Source of the DNA: Ylistrum balloti
Taxonomy: Eukaryota
Length of the DNA: 64,000 nt
Assembly (NCBI RefSeq): GCF_031769215.1
Contig: NW_026782088.1
Coordinates: 310,001 to 374,000, forward strand
Direction of reading: 5' to 3'
The first letter of the stretch is position 1, and each line of letters begins with the position of its first letter. Below are positions 61,420 to 64,000 of this stretch, piece after piece. A model generated the notes under the pieces. The model ran no database searches. It saw nothing but the letters and a program-made list of their open reading frames with translations, and was not told the origin of the DNA. The position numbers were made by a program, and so were the translations under genes.

Positions 61420-62615
61420 ATGATTACGGTAAGTGACCAGATGATGGATACTGGTAATGACGGTGGTGTGGGTGATACTGTAACGGTAATTACACTTGAC
61501 CAGGTGACGGATACTGGTAATCACGGTGGTGAAGGTGATACTGTAATGGTATTTACATGTGACAAAGTGATGGATACTGGTAATTACGGTGGTATGGGTG
61601 ATACTGTAACGGTAATTACATGTGTCCAGGTGACGGATACTGGTAATCACGGTGGTGTGGGTGATACTGTAACGATGATTACACTTGACCAGGTGACGTA
61701 TACTGGTAATTACGGTGGTGTGGGTGATACTGTGACGGTAATTACATGTGGCAATTACACTTGACCTGGTGACGGATACTGGTAATCACGGTGGTGTGGG
61801 TGATACTGTAACGGTAATTACATGTGGTAATTACACTTGACCTGGTGACGGATACTGGTAATTACAGTGGTGAAGGTGATACTGTAACGGTTGTTACACG
61901 TGACTAGGCGACGGATACTGGTAATGACGGTGGTGTTGGTGATACTGTAACGGTAATTACATGTGACATGGTGATGGATACTGGCAATTACGGTGGTGTG
62001 GGTGATACTGTAACGGTAATTACATGTGGTAATTACACTTGACCTGGTGACGGATGCTGGTAATTACGATGGTATGGGAGATACCGTAACGGTAATTACA
62101 TGTGTCCAGGTGACGGATACTGGTAATTACGGCGGATACTGGTAATACTGTAACAGTAATTACAAGTGACTAGGTGACGGATACTGGTAATCACGGTGGT
62201 GAAGGTGATACTGTAACGGTATTTACATGTGACAAAGTGATGGATACTGGTAATTACGGTGGTGTGGGTGATACTGTGACGGTAATTACATGTGGTAATT
62301 ACACTTGACCTGGTGACGGATGCTGGTAATCATGGTGGTGTGGGTGATACTGTAACGGTAATTACATGTGTCCAGGTGACAGATACTGGTAATCACGGTG
62401 GTGTGGGTGATGCTGTAACGATAATTACACTTGACCAGGTGACGGATACTGGTAATTACGGTGGTGTGGGTGATACTGTGACGGTAATAACATGTGGTAA
62501 TTACACTTGACCTGGTGACGGATACTGGTAATTACGATGGTGTGGGTGATACTGTAACGGTTGTTACACGTGACTAGGTGACGGATACTGGTAATTACGT
62601 TGGTGTAGGTGATGA
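61420..62615. repeat. 63-bp minisatellite (GTGACGGATACTGGTAAT(C/T)ACGGTGGTGTGGGTGATACTGTAACGGTAATTACA...)
   Basis: About 18 units, some with a 14-nt internal duplication. It explains the ORFs at 61282 and 62292. Confidence 0.92.
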
Positions 62616-62618
62616 TGT

Positions 62619-64000
62619 TGTCACGCACACCTGTATGTTTACCTGTGCATTGTTATTGAGTTGGTCACGTGAGCGGGTATGCGAGTGTGAGCGGAACAGT
62701 GGACATTGACTGTCCAGGTGACCAGCACGCCTTTGTTCTGTTTTCGTCACCTGTTTGCCGATTTTATGGCGTGAGTGACTTTGTTTAGTCGTGGAAATGA
62801 AGCCCAGACATCTGACTGGGGTAAGTATTCTGTCTTTCTTTCGTAATATGCTGTTTTATGTGGTTGTTTATTGCCATATTTACGATGTCCTTCTTATAGG
62901 TCAAGCTATCTATTGTCGGTGCGTGTTCGTTCATGCGTAGCTTTCAGTGTTTACGATGCATGTTTATTTTCTAGGATTTAACGTTGAATTAGGCTGGATA
63001 CATTTGAAAATTGTTATTGTACATCTAGAGTGGCTATTTTGTCAGTTATTTAGTCGTTGTAAAACCGTAAAGTACACGTAGAAATGTGGTTACGTTCGTG
63101 TTAAAAAAAGTATGGAAGCCGTGAGTGGAAGTCGTGTGCGCATGAACCGTTGTGAGAGCGTCACGGTATAAATTCTATAGAAGGCCGTTAGCGTCGTGTA
63201 TGTTTCGCGTAACGATATGGTTGTTTTGTTGAATTTTGATATTGTGTATTTTATCACGCACCGTAGAATTGTAAAATGTAGTCGTGTATTCCCATTGTAT
63301 TACACAAACAAATAATAGAGTATTGATTATAAATAATGTTAATTTACTGGTTAGTTGTAAGAAACTTTGTGAGTTATATGTAATTGTAGTCATGGGTGGA
63401 AGGATGAACGTTTAGTGGTCTTTTGTTTTTGTTTTAAGCTTCACATGATGGGTAAATCACCATAGAGCCTACAGAAGGTCAGCACCGCTGGAGCGCCAGG
63501 TCTTCGCCGTGCAGTAACGGGACCGACCAACGTTACATTTCAGTCACTCAGGATCTAGGTCAACTGCAAAGAAGGATTGTCTCCAGGGACAGGCTGTCAT
63601 GTAGCGACTCGGCTGTAATATATAAGCTAGTCACCGCCCTATCAGTGAGGGAGTTTCAGGATACGGTTGCTTTGTCAGCAATTCGTCTTGGTGTTGGGAA
63701 CTGAGCGAGTCGTTCCTTTACAACTCGGACTTTGTCAGTCCACGGAAGCTGTTTTGCGTGCACCCTCCGTGTGCACTATTCGACACATTGGAGATGTTGA
63801 TTGTGAGACCACCTTGTACCTTGTCTGTGAAGAGACTGTAGCCATCTTTACTGTTAAAGTGTATGAATGGAGAGTGATTGTGAGTGTGACTGGGTGTCTG
63901 TAGTTTTCATGTTTTCTATGTTAATAAATTTGTGTATATGTTCATTTGTTGCATTCTTGTGTTGATTTCCTGATATACTGCACAGAGGCCCGTCCCACGT
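62619..64000 (+). mobile_element. Probable LTR (Gypsy-like), right end at or just beyond the window edge
   Basis: It starts TGTCACG at 62619, abutting the minisatellite. TATATAAG at ~63619 and AATAAA at ~63923. The window ends ...CCCGTCCCACGT, which is compatible with an inverted terminal CGTGACA. An internal donor GGG|GTAAGT lies at ~62820. Confidence 0.5.

Noticed and set aside
61282-62510. ORFs with GD-rich 21-aa repeats (VTDTGNHGGVGDTVTVITLDQ) resembling a repeat protein
   Set aside because: They arise from a 63-bp minisatellite. 14-nt internal duplications repeatedly break the frame, which is inconsistent with coding constraint.

Overview
This is AT-rich, intron-containing animal DNA. 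The repeat families and gene content suggest a bivalve, probably an oyster (inference). I assembled the gene models by hand from GT-AG junctions and reading-frame phase. Four protein-coding genes are well supported. (1) An Ikaros/Hunchback-family (Pegasus-like, 3+2) C2H2 zinc-finger gene (+, 11085-13504). (2) A 7-coding-exon SoxH/SOX30-like HMG-box gene (+, 25994-33355). (3) An 8-exon uracil-DNA glycosylase gene UNG (-, 38015-52600). (4) A single-coding-exon Mab-21/cGAS-like (cGLR-type) gene with TPR-like repeats (+, 42181-44187). It sits antisense inside the last UNG intron and appears to have lost catalytic residues. A fifth, unrecognised two-exon gene (~175 aa, -, 24857-25833) lies head-to-head with SoxH across a 160-bp interval holding two perfect CRE sites and an inverted pair of SOX motifs. 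The rest is minisatellites (two derived from UNG splice junctions), degenerate Gypsy-like LTR pieces, LINE fragments and non-autonomous repeats. I recognised no rRNA, tRNA or CRISPR features.
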